DNA of 62,900 nucleotides, filler included, from Octopus bimaculoides (GCF_001194135.2; 8 parts of 8 records of this genome joined end to end with filler, not necessarily neighbours in it), one strand, 5' to 3'; positions 50,341 through 62,900 are shown, counted from the whole stretch's first letter. Translations and numbers: made by a program. The notes: generated by a model not told the origin, from the letters alone.

Positions 50341-50674
50341 TTGTTGATTGTTTAAAATTACCCAAATACGACAACTTTCACACGAAATAACTTCTAAAAT
50401 ACGGAATTTTGTCAAAAATGTTGGAAGTAAACCGTGTTCAACGTGTGAAATTGCACGAGTATATAAATCTCAAACTATTTAGTTTTAAAAAATTATTAAA
50501 AATCTGTGAGATAAACTGAANNNNNNNNNNNNNNNNNNNNNNNNNNNNNNNNNNNNNNNNNNNNNNNNNNNNNNNNNNNNNNNNNNNNNNNNNNNNNNNN
50601 NNNNNNNNNNNNNNNNNNNNNNNNNNNNNNNNNNNNNNNNNNNNNNNNNNNNNNNNNNNNNNNNNNNNNNNNNN

Positions 50675-50723
<49 letters not shown>

Positions 50724-51527
50724 GTCTATTTTATCACATGATGTCAGCGTTTTTTCGCATTATCTGCAATAGTCACTTAAACACCGAAGGCTTGGCTGAA
50801 ATCACTTCAAACCAATATACTTTAATACTGATTATGCAATCAATGATGTTGCAAGAAAGTGGTGGGCTGAGTGTAATATATCCATAAACGCCGGAAAGCA
50901 ATCTCTGTAACGAATATCAATTTTTACAGCCAACTTAATTTGGATGAGCACTGTAAACGCCCCAAACACCAGTAACCATTCCGAGAAATCATAGTGTATG
51001 CTCGAATAGAGCTAAGAGTTAGAGATTATATGAGCAGAAGAATTTGGTCAGGGCTGGTGGTAGGAATATAGTGTCACGTGATTATGATTTGTGTTCTTTA
51101 GTATTGTTCGACTTATAGCCATGATTTTTGAGGACAATTACTGCAGTTTATAGCGTAATTTGTATGAATGTACAAATCAATATAGAAACACAGTGTAAAT
51201 GTATGTGTGTGCGCTCGCTCGCGATCACAAGGAATTAAAATTGTATCTTCAGAGGACTCGATATATATATTTTGCAAACATTTCTCATGGCAGAGAGAGG
51301 AATTTTTCCAACTTTATGTTAATGGTCGTTTAGAGGTGTGTTTAAAATCCATATATATTGGCTGGATTATATTTGCTAAGGTGCAATGCAGTAAAATATT
51401 GGGATTTAAATGTATGTCTCGCAATATAACAACATCTCACTCTCATTGCTATCATCTACATGCGTGCCCTAATAAACCTAGAATTTACGTATATACGTAC
51501 ATACATACATATGTTTATACACACATG

Positions 51528-51581
<54 letters not shown>

Positions 51582-52659
51582 NNNNNNNNNNNNNNNNNNN
51601 NNNNNNNNNNNNNNNNNNNNNNNNNNNNNNNNNNNNNNNNNNNNNNNNNNNNNNNNNNNNNNNNNNNNNNNNNNNNNNNNNNNNNNNNNNNNNNNNNNNN
51701 NNNNNNNNNNNNNNNNNNNNNNNNNNNNNNNNNNNNNNNNNNNNNNNNNNNNNNNNNNNNNNNNNNNNNNNNNNNNNNNNNNNNNNNNNNNNATATATAG
51801 GCAGAATTTATTTTTCTAATATATTAATGTGCTAATACATTAATCATTTTCATTAGCTGTAAAGGAAAATAAATATCAGAAGGGTTGTAGCTTTAAAGTA
51901 CTTCATCTTGTAAATGATATGATGGAACAGAGCACTTTGAATTTGCTTGAGTCTTACTTGACTTTCCTAAAGTTAGTATATGTATGTATATATACATGTG
52001 TGGGTGCGTGTGTAAGTATGTGTGCGTGCGAGCGCGCATTTGTGCATCTTCGTGCGAGTGCGTGTGTATTTGTATCTGTGTAATACATATGGATATGTGT
52101 GTGTGTATATACATATATATGTATATATATATACACATATATATATATATATATATATATATGTGGGTGTGTGTGTTTGTGTGTCTATGTGTGTATGTAT
52201 GTATAAATGTATGTATATGAAGATACAAACATACATTGGTATATATGCAAGAGAACGAATCACAGAGAGAATATATTTATTCAGTTTTACCGAAAAATAG
52301 TTATAAGTAAAGATTTCAATCATATTCAAATCATATTCAAACACATAGTTACTTACTTCACGAATCTGTCAATACCTTTTCATATATCGGAGTTGATTAT
52401 GTTGATGAACCTAATCGATTGGAGGGTGGCGCATTTAATTAATTTCGAAAGACTACAACCTACTCTTCATCATCTGCCATCCGTTAATATAACGCAATCA
52501 GTTGTGCATAATTGTCCGCTTTCTAGATGTGCTATAAAATTCTTGAAATAGCTCGTGCTCGCATATATTGATACACACGTATACGCACAGATCTACGCAT
52601 ACACATTGACATATATGTATTAAGTTCTTGTGAGTGTTTGTAAGAGCACGTGCATGTGG

Positions 52660-52691
<32 letters not shown>

Positions 52692-53269
52692 NNNNNNNNN
52701 NNNNNNNNNNNNNNNNNNNNNNNNNNNNNNNNNNNNNNNNNNNNNNNNNNNNNNNNNNNNNNNNNNNNNNNNNNNNNNNNNNNNNNNNNNNNNNNNNNNN
52801 NNNNNNNNNNNNNNNNNNNNNNNNNNNNNNNNNNNNNNNNNNNNNNNNNNNNNNNNNNNNNNNNNNNNNNNNNNNNNNNNNNNNNNNNNNNNNNNNNNNN
52901 NNNNNNNNNNNNNNNNNNNNNNNNNNNNNNNNNNNNNNNNNNNNNNNNNNNNNNNNNNNNNNNNNNNNNNNNNNNNNNNNNNNNNNNNNNTGACAGTAAC
53001 CTGCTTCTCCAACATACTGAGAATTCAGAAATAGCAGTCAAAGAACTACTGATTTCAAAACTACAAATTATTACTCCAGATTGATAGCGATATTTTTGAT
53101 ACACACAGAACAAAAAACAATAGAGAAGAGTAAAAAACACCTGCCTTTAGTTAATTTAGTACAATTGTTTCACAGTTAAGCTACCCGGCAGAATTGTTAA
53201 TTATTAATTTTATTACTAATTGATGATTCCCTGCCCTGCATATCTATATATATATATATATTTATATAT

Positions 53270-53415
53270 ACCTACCTACCTGACCTACCTATCTACCGAC
53301 CGCCGACCGACCTACCTACCAACCTACCAACCTACCAACCTACCAACCTACCAACCTACCTACTTACCTTCCTACCTACCTACCTACCTACCTCCTTACT
53401 AACAACCTATCTACA
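53270..53415. repeat. Degenerate (CCTA/CCAA)n array
   Basis: Tetranucleotide run with variants. Confidence 0.9.
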
Positions 53416-53494
53416 TACATATACATACATACGCATGCACACACACCCACACACACACACACACACACACGCACACACATAACAGTAATGTTTG

Positions 53495-53815
53495 TTCTAC
53501 GTTCGATTGTGTGGTGAGTTAGATTCACGGAGGTCTGCGTGTTGTTTTCTTGAGAAGGTCACTTTATTTCACGTTGCTCCATTTCACGCAGCTCAAGACA
53601 TGAGTTGCGATGTCACAGGTGCCAAGCTCTATCAGCATTGCCTTTCCGTTGGATAACATTGGTGAACGGACGCTGGTACGCATGGGTGACTGCTAGCCTC
53701 CCATAAAAACAACCCTAAGTTGTGCGTTCGCCGGTGAAGCGACATTCTGCCAGACCTGTACGCCGGAGGAGAACCTCTTACGTGCACTCACGGTCATTCG
53801 TGATACACGGAGTCG
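53495..53815 (+). mobile_element. Diverged SINE (family D-related body)
   Basis: GTTGTTTTCTTGAGAAGGTCACTTTATTTCACGTTGCTCCATTTCACGCAGCT resembles the family D core at ~21700-21740. Confidence 0.6.
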
Positions 53816-53822
53816 ATATGTA

Positions 53823-54213
53823 TAGGAGTGGCTCTGTGGTAAGTAGCTTGCTTACCAAACACATGGTTCCGAGTTCAGTCCCACTGCGTGACACCTTGAG
53901 CAAGTGTCTTCTACTATAGCTTCGGGCCGACCAAATCCCTGTGAGTGGATTTGGTAGACGGAAACTGAAAGAAGCCCGTCGTATATATGTATATATGTAT
54001 GTGTGTGTATATATTTGCGTCTCTGTGTTTGTGTCCCCAACATCGCTTGACAACCGATGGTGGTGCGTTTATGTCCCCGTAACTTAGCGGTTCGGCAAAA
54101 GAGACCGATGGAATAAGTACTAGGCTTCCAAAGAATAAGTCCTGGTGTTGATGTGCTTGACTAATGCTGGTGCCCGAGCATGGCGACTGTCAAATGACTG
54201 AAACAAGTAAAGG
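53823..54213 (+). mobile_element. SINE family B, full length
   Basis: AGGAGTGGCTCTGTGGTAAGTAGCTTGC...GAGTTCAGTCCC...GACTGAAACAAGTAAAG. Confidence 0.93.
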
Positions 54214-55886
54214 NNNNNNNNNNNNNNNNNNNNNNNNNNNNNNNNNNNNNNNNNNNNNNNNNNNNNNNNNNNNNNNNNNNNNNNNNNNNNNNNNNNNNNN
54301 NNNNNNNNNNNNNNNNNNNNNNNNNNNNNNNNNNNNNNNNNNNNNNNNNNNNNNNNNNNNNNNNNNNNNNNNNNNNNNNNNNNNNNNNNNNNNNNNNNNN
54401 NNNNNNNNNNNNNNNNNNNNNNNNNNNNNNNNNNNNNNNNNNNNNNNNNNNNNNNNNNNNNNNNNNNNNNNNNNNNNNNNNNNNNNNNNNNNNNNNNNNN
54501 NNNNNNNNNNNNNNNNNNNNNNNNNNNNNNNNNNNNNNNNNNNNNNNNNNNNNNNNNNNNNNNNNNNNNNNNNNNNNNNNNNNNNNNNNNNNNNNNNNNN
54601 NNNNNNNNNNNNNNNNNNNNNNNNNNNNNNNNNNNNNNNNNNNNNNNNNNNNNNNNNNNNNNNNNNNNNNNNNNNNNNNNNNNNNNNNNNNNNNNNNNNN
54701 NNNNNNNNNNNNNNNNNNNNNNNNNNNNNNNNNNNNNNNNNNNNNNNNNNNNNNNNNNNNNNNNNNNNNNNNNNNNNNNNNNNNNNNNNNNNNNNNNNNN
54801 NNNNNNNNNNNNNNNNNNNNNNNNNNNNNNNNNNNNNNNNNNNNNNNNNNNNNNNNNNNNNNNNNNNNNNNNNNNNNNNNNNNNNNNNNNNNNNNNNNNN
54901 NNNNNNNNNNNNNNNNNNNNNNNNNNNNNNNNNNNNNNNNNNNNNNNNNNNNNNNNNNNNNNNNNNNNNNNNNNNNNNNNNNNNNNNNNNNNNNNNNNNN
55001 NNNNNNNNNNNNNNNNNNNNNNNNNNNNNNNNNNNNNNNNNNNNTATATATATATATATATATGCTCACCGAGTTCGCACTTATGGTTATCCATCTCCGA
55101 CCCGATAGTGGTGAGCAGGGTCATGGTCCTGTCACCGAGCACACCGGACTTCTCCACTACCATAGGTTCGACCATAAACCTGCTTTAATGAAAAAGTTGA
55201 CTGGTTGACCCGACACACAATTCACGACATATTTTAACTGTGACAGTAATCTTTAAACAATTACCTGGGAAGGTGTCTCAATACATTACCAGTTCACTAT
55301 GCGTTCTGTAAGCAAGTAGGGGTGAGGAAATAAAAGTGATTTGCATCATCACAAACTTAATCATATACTTTTTTATTACTCTGGGGTGCGACAATCGTAT
55401 AATTGTCCCTCACTAGAAACACTGTCACCATCTGAATTATGAGAAACCAATGGATAATTGTTAACTATAATCTCGTTTCAAATGCCTTCATCAAATTTTG
55501 CTTTTCCTTTTTTTTTTTTTTTTTTTTGATCTTAATGAAAATTTTTGCAAAGTATTACACATTTTAATTTTACATGTTGGAACCGCAATTGACAGGTGAG
55601 TTTGAATTTTCAGTCTCAAAAATTCAACACTCAAAGATTTTTAGTTCTTGAAAAATTATTTCAGTGATGCCAGTCAGAACTCACTATGCTTTATTAGCTT
55701 TTACTGTTATTTAGCTCACAAATCTTGGACTGAAACTCTAATGTACCATATAGAATTTCACAATTCATTTTCTAAAATCCAGTGCTTCATCAGAAAGATT
55801 AATATAATTTTGGAAACGTTTCCCATTTTTCAATGTTAGTAGCCTACTGTGTCTGCAATGAGCTTTATTTTTCTTTAATTGTGTAG

Positions 55887-55975
55887 CGTCCATCATTGAT
55901 GAGAACAAAGAAATCACCTGTTCTGGTGGTCTCGGAGATGGCAGGCATTTATCTCCTTACTAGTAATACAATCAA
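55887..55975 (+). CDS. Candidate isolated exon (89 nt)
   Basis: Acceptor TTTTCTTTAATTGTGTAG| and donor CAA|GTGAGT. The frame RPSLMRTKKSPVLVVSEMAGIYLLTSNTI is open; an alternative frame reads SIIDENKEITCSGGLGDGRHLSPY*. No homology recognised. Confidence 0.3.
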
Positions 55976-57435
55976 GTGAGTATTTTTCACCAAAAACCAA
56001 TATGAGAGTTTTTCTCATTATATCTACCGCAGTAATGTTTGTTCTAAAAGAACATCAACGTTTAAGTGCGGATAAATATGAACCCCATTTCATAAATGAA
56101 TTGCAGGCGTTTTGTTTTTTCTAAATTTATCAAGATTAATAACATGTATTACCTTTAAATTACATCTTCAGTATCAGTGAATATTTTTTTCGAAGTTTAA
56201 AGTATGCAAAGTTATGAATGTGTCCGACTGAGTACTGACATACTAGCTTATGGAAACATCAGTTAACTCGACCCCATTCCACACTGACATATACGTCATT
56301 TCTAAACATTAGGAAAAAGACATAGCAAACACGATCAAGTTGTAATGGTTTGAACGGAATCCCAGTACAGCCTGCTATTGATCGATTGGATTATTGTGGG
56401 GTAAATTTATGTATTTATAATACAGTTCTCGGTATTATTTTAATACTTTCACATTGCTACAATACAATGGCAAGGATACCACAAATTTAACGAGGGATTA
56501 CAATTTCTAAGATCACTTGTTAGTTATTCCGAAAAATGATTTGTCTGGGTCTGTTAAACAAATATGAAATAATCAGTAGAATCTCAATTCTGATCCGTCC
56601 GTAAATTGAGAGTTTTTTTGTGGCATAGCATTTCAAATCTTATATATATTAAAAACAATTATTTTAGCTTGTATATTATACCTTGTTCCACTTTCCTTTC
56701 TATACATTGTGTAAATAGTATTGCTGTTATTGGATGTGTTTGTTATGATTACTCTTACACACACTAAAAGGAGATTTTGAAATATCTACATTTTTAGGAG
56801 ATTCGTCATGTTGCACTTTTCAAAATTCCATTTCAATTGTTTTATACGTTCTCCGAAATTTCTATATTTTTATGAAATTTAAAATATTAGCTTTCATTTC
56901 CTTTGTCCCTGCTTTATATTAAATACATACGTGTGTTGAAAACTGACATAAATACTTGCATTTCCACCATTGTCATAAGCATATGTGCATCACCATTGTT
57001 TCTTATTTTTTTCTGAAGAATGTAAAAATTGCTGAGGGCGTGTTGGGAGTTTTTGTAGTTAAATTTAACTACGGATACACCATATCCAGCTATTGATGTT
57101 TCTTCTGTATTATTCGTTTTGAAAGACGTGCTATACAAGTATATTCTTAGGCAAAAAAAAAGCAAGATGACGAATGTAACGTAAATCGTATTAGGTATAT
57201 GATTTGGTAAATTGATTCGAAGCTTAAGTTTCCACAATATAATACACAAAGTCACACGTTCATGAATAACGAAATACACAGCATTACGCTCTGTTTCTTT
57301 CTCTCTCCTTACTTTCATGCTGCTTCTCTCTTCGTACACACACACATGCACAGACACAAACACATACACCCATGCACACACATACACACACACATGCACA
57401 CAAAGACACACAAGCACACGCACATATGTATATAT

Positions 57436-57753
57436 CTTTAATCTTTTATCCCTTCCGTGTTGTAGTCATTAGACTGCAGACATGATTGGGCACCACCTTT
57501 ATGAATTGTAAGTCGAATCGATCATGTTATGGCTATAGGTCTCACTTGCTATGCAACGGGGACGTAAACACACAATCACCGTTAATCAAGCGGTGGTGGG
57601 GGACAAACAAATACGACAAAACGAACACGCACGTACACACAGACACAAACACACATATCAACATATATAAACCGGGATTCTTTCAGGGTTTTTTTCTACC
57701 GAATCCTTTCATAAGTCTTTGTTTAGGCCAAGGCTATAGTAGAAGACACTTAC
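57436..57753 (-). mobile_element. SINE family B, diverged, 5' truncated
   Basis: CAAGGCTATAGTAGAAGACACTT; ACGGGGACGTAAACACAC. Confidence 0.8.
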
Positions 57754-57942
57754 ACAGCGTTGGACAGAAACGGGAAATATATATATATATATATATGTGT
57801 ATATAGTGTATATATATATATATATATATATATAAATATATANNNNNNNNNNNNNNNNNNNNNNNNNNNNNNNNNNNNNNNNNNNNTTAATTAATTAANN
57901 NNNNNNNNNNNNNNNNNNNNNNNNNNNNNNNNNNNNNNNNNN

Positions 57943-57983
57943 CGCGAGTCCGCTGCCCTAACCACTGGGCCATTGCGCCTCCA
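57943..57983 (-). mobile_element. SINE family C 5' end (rest in gap)
   Basis: Identical to 7454-7494. Confidence 0.9.
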
Positions 57984-58156
57984 CTAAATGTGTGTGATAG
58001 TAAGAGAAAGAGATGTTGCACATAAACAACATTTATAATCACGCACACAGTGTACACATGTAACAAAAGCAAGCAAATTGCACTCGCAACTACAGTGATA
58101 TACGAAAATTACCAAATAGTTAAGCAACGATTTTACTTTGTTAGAGACGATAATGA

Positions 58157-58919
58157 CTATAATGACTGTGCCAAGCTCGTGCCTCATCAGACGTTAAGGA
58201 TGGATGAGAATTAATTTTCTAATGGAATCATTCTAATGTTCCAGTTCCAAGTAGAATTCCAAATGTTTGCTAATTTGTCCAGAAGTTCTCTCGATGTAGA
58301 AATAGCAGCCAAATCTCACTCAATACATAAACGAATTAACTATAAATCCATGGAAAGTATATTAGAGAAGAAAAGATTTTCTTTAATATTTACCTTAGAA
58401 AGGGCATCAAAGAAAGGAGATTGGTTGAACTTACGATTAAAGAGGTGAATATTTATCTTACTGAGACAAACGGTGGTTTCGTGTTTTTCATCTTGGCAAA
58501 GTGAAAAGTTTAAGTACCAGAATCAAGTGTGTGTGTGTGAAAGAGGGAGAGATGTACCACATGAACTACGTTTTTTAATCCCACAGTGGATACCTGTAAT
58601 CAAGGTAGTTGTGGTATATGAAAATTATCGAATAATTAATGAAGCAACTACTTTATTTTATTAGAGACTAGCTTACAAGCCGTACTCTTGTGGACATTTA
58701 GACAAGCTCCTGTGGAGGGCTTATTCGATCTGCCGTCCAAAACTAAAAAGACCCAAATAACCTGGACTATAATATGTCTATAATGTCTATGTGCCTGGCT
58801 GGTGTCTGATCAGATGTTAAGGACGGATGAGAATTAATTCTTTAATGGTATCATTCTAATGTTCCAGTCCGAAGTTGAATTCCAAATGTTTGCTAATTTG
58901 TCCAGAAGTTCTCTCGATG
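58157..58919. repeat. Pair of ~140-bp direct repeats (58157-58296 and 58778-58919)
   Basis: Shared 43-nt identical core GAATTCCAAATGTTTGCTAATTTGTCCAGAAGTTCTCTCGATG plus similar upstream sequence. Confidence 0.9.
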
Positions 58920-59127
58920 CAAAATGAACGAAGCAAATGCATTTTATCTCCCGTTTGACCTTTGGTGTCTTCTGATAAAAACCAACTGAAATGATGTGAA
59001 TCTGCCAAGCTAACCATCTAGCAGCAGCAAGCCAAATGCATTTGAATAAGATCCCAGTACTCGATGTTCAAGAGACAAACAAATGGCAGGTTTTCAATCT
59101 GGGAATCATTCTCATTCCAAAAAACGT

Positions 59128-59512
59128 ATTGCTAACCAACCACATGGTTCAGGGTTCAGTCCCACTGCGTGGAACCTTGGACAAGTGTCTTCAACTGTAG
59201 CCTCGGGCCGACCAAAGCCTTGTAAGTGGATTTGGTAGACGGAAACTGAAAGAAGCCCGTCGTATATATGCATATATATATATATATGTATGTGTGTGTA
59301 TATGTTTGTTTGTCTGTGTTTGTCCCCCCCCCCAACATCGCTTGACAACTGATGCTGGTGTGTTTACGTTCCCGTAACTTAGCGGTTCGGCAAAAGGCAC
59401 CGATAGAATAAGTACTAGGCTTCCAAAGAATAAGTCCTGGGGTCAATTTGCTCGACTAAAAGGCGGTGCTCTAGCATGGCCACAGTCAAATGACTGAAAC
59501 AAGTAAAAGAGT
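59128..59512 (+). mobile_element. SINE family B, slightly 5' truncated
   Basis: ACCAACCACATGGTTCAGGGTTCAGTCCC...GACTGAAACAAGTAAAAGAG. Confidence 0.93.
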
Positions 59513-59567
59513 ATTATTTACATTATTTACATTCGACGGATATTTGTCCTCATCTTGTTTGTTGTTA

Positions 59568-59604
59568 ACACATTTCGGCTGATATACCCTGCAGCCTTCA
59601 TCAG
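59568..59604 (-). ncRNA. Hammerhead-like motif (Penelope-type), probably decayed
   Basis: CTGATGA-A-GGCTG-CAGGGTATAT-CAGCC-GAAA-TGTGT: perfect 5-bp stem II. Stem III ATGTGT is explicable as CpG-decayed ACGCGT; stem I is not evident. Confidence 0.45.
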
Positions 59605-59818
59605 GTGTCTTGGGGGAATTTCGAACTTGGGTTCTCATTTCTAAGGTATTTTTCGATGTTGTTGTTATTATTATTATNNNNNNNNNNNNNNNNNNNNNNN
59701 NNNNNNNNNNNNNNNNNNNNNTTAATTAATTAANNNNNNNNNNNNNNNNNNNNNNNNNNNNNNNNNNNNNNNNNNNNTGTGTACGTGTGTGTGTGTGTGT
59801 ATTCCATATATATCCCAC

Positions 59819-60040
59819 GGGTTAGCACACCGGACGAAATGCTTAGCAATATGTTGTACGCCGTTATGTTCTGAGTTCAAATTTCGCCGAAGTCGTGCTT
59901 TCATGCTTTCATACTTTCCGGGTCGTCTTTGCATTCCATCCTTTCCGATAAATTAAGTAGCAGTTGCGTACTGGGGTCGATCTAATCGACCGCCTCCCCT
60001 CTCCCCAAATGTTGGGCCTTGTGCCTAGAGTAGAAAAGAA
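59819..60040 (+). mobile_element. SINE family A
   Basis: GTTAGCACACCGGACGAAATGCTTAGC...GAGTTCAAATTTCGCCG...GGGCCTTGTGCCTAGAGTAGAAAAG. Confidence 0.9.
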
Positions 60041-60731
60041 TATTGTGAAAGGAAGGCGAAATTGTATGTTTAATATTAAAAAAAAAAATCATGCATTTGT
60101 TAGATAACTCTAGCGTACTTTGTATCATAAGGAAAGTTGATTTCGATCTCCTGTGTTCACGCTGTCTGTAATTAAATTTTAATTTAGTACATTTTTTGTT
60201 TATCACGAGCGGATTGCAGGTAATACTATAAATGTTAATTAAGAGTGGGAATACCGCTTTCACTGCTACATTTCCACCATTGTTTATAGCTATTAAACTT
60301 CATCTCCGTGTGTTTTTATTTTGTTGTGTCACTTCTTTCCCCCTTTATCTTGAAGTATCTTTCTCTTTGCCATTTATCTCCCCATCAACTCTATTTTTCA
60401 GAAGCCCCTCTTCTAGTCATTTTATATAGGACTACTGTTCCTAACCTGATCTTTATTTCTTAAGCTGGCAGTATGTAATTTAAAAGAGATTTGATTAATA
60501 TTTGCAGCGGGTCAATCCAGAATGTAAATATCTTTTTCACGACGCATCGTGTAGGTTTTATATCACGGAAATACTGAAAACAAGATCTATCATTACTTTT
60601 AAGGATCACTATTCGCTGCTTTTACATTTATTTCGTTGGAGTATTGTTTTCCCTTGTTTCATCAATTCTGGCATTGGAGATAATCACCTCAGTAATTTAT
60701 AAAAGCATCGGGCAGAATATATATGCATTTT

Positions 60732-61022
60732 AAGATACACACATTTTATCATGGATGTTTGGAGAGTTTCTATTTAATAATAATTTTCGCTCAAATTCTG
60801 GATTGGTTGTTGCCATGTTATTTAATTCAAGCAGTGGACAGTACATATGAATTGCAAGAAGCACAGATATTTTTATCACGGGTTTTTGGAGTCTTTCTAT
60901 TTGGAAGAATTTTCCGCTCAAATACTGGATTTGAGAATATCATGTTATTTTTCAAAGCAATGGACAGCATATATGTATTGCAAGATACGCAGATATTTTA
61001 TCACGGGTTTTTGGATAGCTTC
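60732..61022. repeat. Degenerate tandem repeat, ~125-bp period, ~2.3 copies
   Basis: Units start at 60732, 60856 and 60982 (AAGA..CA.A.ATTTT.ATCA.GG.T.TTTGGA). Confidence 0.85.
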
Positions 61023-61704
61023 GTTTATTCTCTCTGTGTTTCTTTTACTTCCTAGATTTTCTGACAAGATAGTTGTACCACTTTGAAAAAATTCATGGAT
61101 TTTCTGCTTGCCTAGTTTTCTTGTTATATTACTTTAAATGTAAGCCCATTTTTCTTTCTTCCTTCCTGAAAACATTTTACTTTGTTTAAATTATATATTT
61201 AGCTTGATTCTTTTACCAAACCTGTGCATTCAAACGGAATAATTTGATTTTATCCGTTGATTTAATCTTTCTGTTGCTTCTCTGAATTGTTGTTCTACAT
61301 TAAAATTTGGTTTCTACAAAGCATCCCTATTTTTTCGTGGATGATATCTATGTTTTGACTTAGTTTCTGTTACTTTGACGATAAGAGTCGATTTTTTTTT
61401 GACAGCAAAAACTACGTGAAAACATGTTTCCATGCTTTAAAAACTCTGTTGCTGCTTTCTTAAAGGTGAATGCATTATCGTTTTTATTTACGACATTTGC
61501 AATGTCGAATATTCAATGATTTATATCAGATATACCATATGACAAATACGTAACGAGTTCGCTTTTAAATTATTTCTAATCCATTAACAGGTTGACAAAT
61601 AACACTGCTCTCTCATCATCCATATGAATTGCATACGAGACTCAGCTTCTGGGTTGACCACCTTCAGTTCTTTTGTCTTACGCTTTTGTCTATTTTAATT
61701 TTAT

Positions 61705-61930
61705 TTATTTGTTGCCCACAAGAGGCTAAAGATAGAGGGGATAAATAAGGACAGACAAACGGATTAAGTCGATTACATCGACCCAGTGCGTAACTGGTAC
61801 TTATTTAATCGACCCCGAAAGAATGAAAGGCTAAGTCGACCTCGGCGGAATTTGAACTCAGAACGTACATACAGACGAAATACTCCTAAGCATTTCGCCT
61901 GGTGTGCTAACGTTTCTGCCAGCTCGCCGC
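61705..61930 (-). mobile_element. SINE family A with alternative 3' tail
   Basis: GTCGACCTCGGCGGAATTTGAACTCAGAACG...CTGCCAGCTCGCCGCC; tail GGACAGACAAACGGATTAAGTCG differs from the usual family A tail. Confidence 0.9.
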
Positions 61931-62585
61931 CTATCTCGCCTTTGTCTATTTTCTATGAGGCTGTATTTATCGAGACATGGCATATTGGTTCCATATACTG
62001 AGGAAGCTCGCTTTACGAATTTAATACATTTCTGGAGGCGGTTGATCACCCGAAATGTTCATAAACCAAAATTATTTTTCTCAAAAGAAATTCAAGCGAA
62101 GATACAGAGAATTCGAGTACGGATGTGCACTGCACCAACGTAAGAGGGAAACTGACGCTCTACAGCTAATATTCTCAGCTTCTTTCCAACACCTGTGTTG
62201 CTGGCTTTAGGTTTCCTTACTCTAGATACAGTTCATCTTCCGAGACCTTTCATGTTTTATCGTAAATCGATTTTGTTTATGATAAGAGGCATCAGTAAAC
62301 CGAGGTACCACTACTTATATATTTATCAAAGTTTGCTATTTTGACTGTTTTTGTTTAACTGCAATTACCTCTGATGGAGCATGCATATCGTTAAAGGTGT
62401 TCCGACTGTAAATATCACTTCATAATACATTTTGAAGTATAGTATTGAACACGGGTTACGTTGGATGTTAGAGTGTGTACAGTCTCAGAGAAATTTCTCT
62501 ATTATTTCGAGAAAAATGAGTGGCAACGTAGAGAAGTGTACTATTTTCTCTATTGCGTGATAAATATAATTAATTATTCTATTCT

Positions 62586-62785
62586 GCACACAAGGTCCGA
62601 AACTTTTGGGGAGGGGGCAGTCGATTAAATCGAACACAGTACGCAACTGGTACTTAATTTATCGACTCTGAAAGGATGCAAGGCCAAGACGACCTCCGCG
62701 GAATTTGAACTCAGACCGTAAAAGCAGACGAAATAGCGCTCAGCATGTCGCCCTGCGTTCTAGCTTTTCTGCCAGTTTACCGCCA
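62586..62785 (-). mobile_element. SINE family A
   Basis: GCACACAAGGTCCGAAAC...GACCTCCGCGGAATTTGAACTCAGA...TTCTGCCAGTTTACCGCC. Confidence 0.9.
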
Positions 62786-62869
62786 TACTATGTTCTATTA
62801 TGCCATAATCTTTTCCAGTAAGGATCGTGTTCCTACTACGTACCTACACATGCATTCATACTAACAAAG

Positions 62870-62900
<31 letters not shown>

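Noticed and set aside
1-62900. Most ORFs in the supplied track (poly-YI, HT, CV, M, H, E, K, S, X runs)
   Set aside because: They are translations of AT/GT/CATA/GAT/GAA microsatellites or of N gaps, not genes.

Overview
AT-rich eukaryotic genomic DNA from a draft scaffold, with roughly 8-9 kb of N gaps. Seven of the gaps carry an artificial TTAATTAATTAA linker. The SINE families, extreme (AT)n/(GT)n/(CATA)n microsatellite load and LINE content point to a coleoid cephalopod, most likely Octopus; this is inference from recalled repeat families, not a database result. I cannot confidently call any intact host protein-coding gene. Nearly all ORFs in the supplied track are microsatellite or N-gap artefacts. 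The window is intronic or intergenic sequence holding about 30 tRNA-derived SINE copies (four families) and at least six R4/Dong-type LINE fragments. It also holds a CR1/Jockey-type fragment, three mariner remnants, one maT/DD37D-like remnant and a Helitron 5' segment with a decayed Rep/Helicase N-terminus. The remaining elements are a 74-bp TTAA-target MITE, several foldbacks and Penelope-type hammerhead-ribozyme-like motifs. The most notable structure is a ~535-bp palindrome (30971-31506) carrying a hammerhead-like motif in each arm. A few isolated exon-like segments are reported at low confidence. I found no convincing new multi-gene system.
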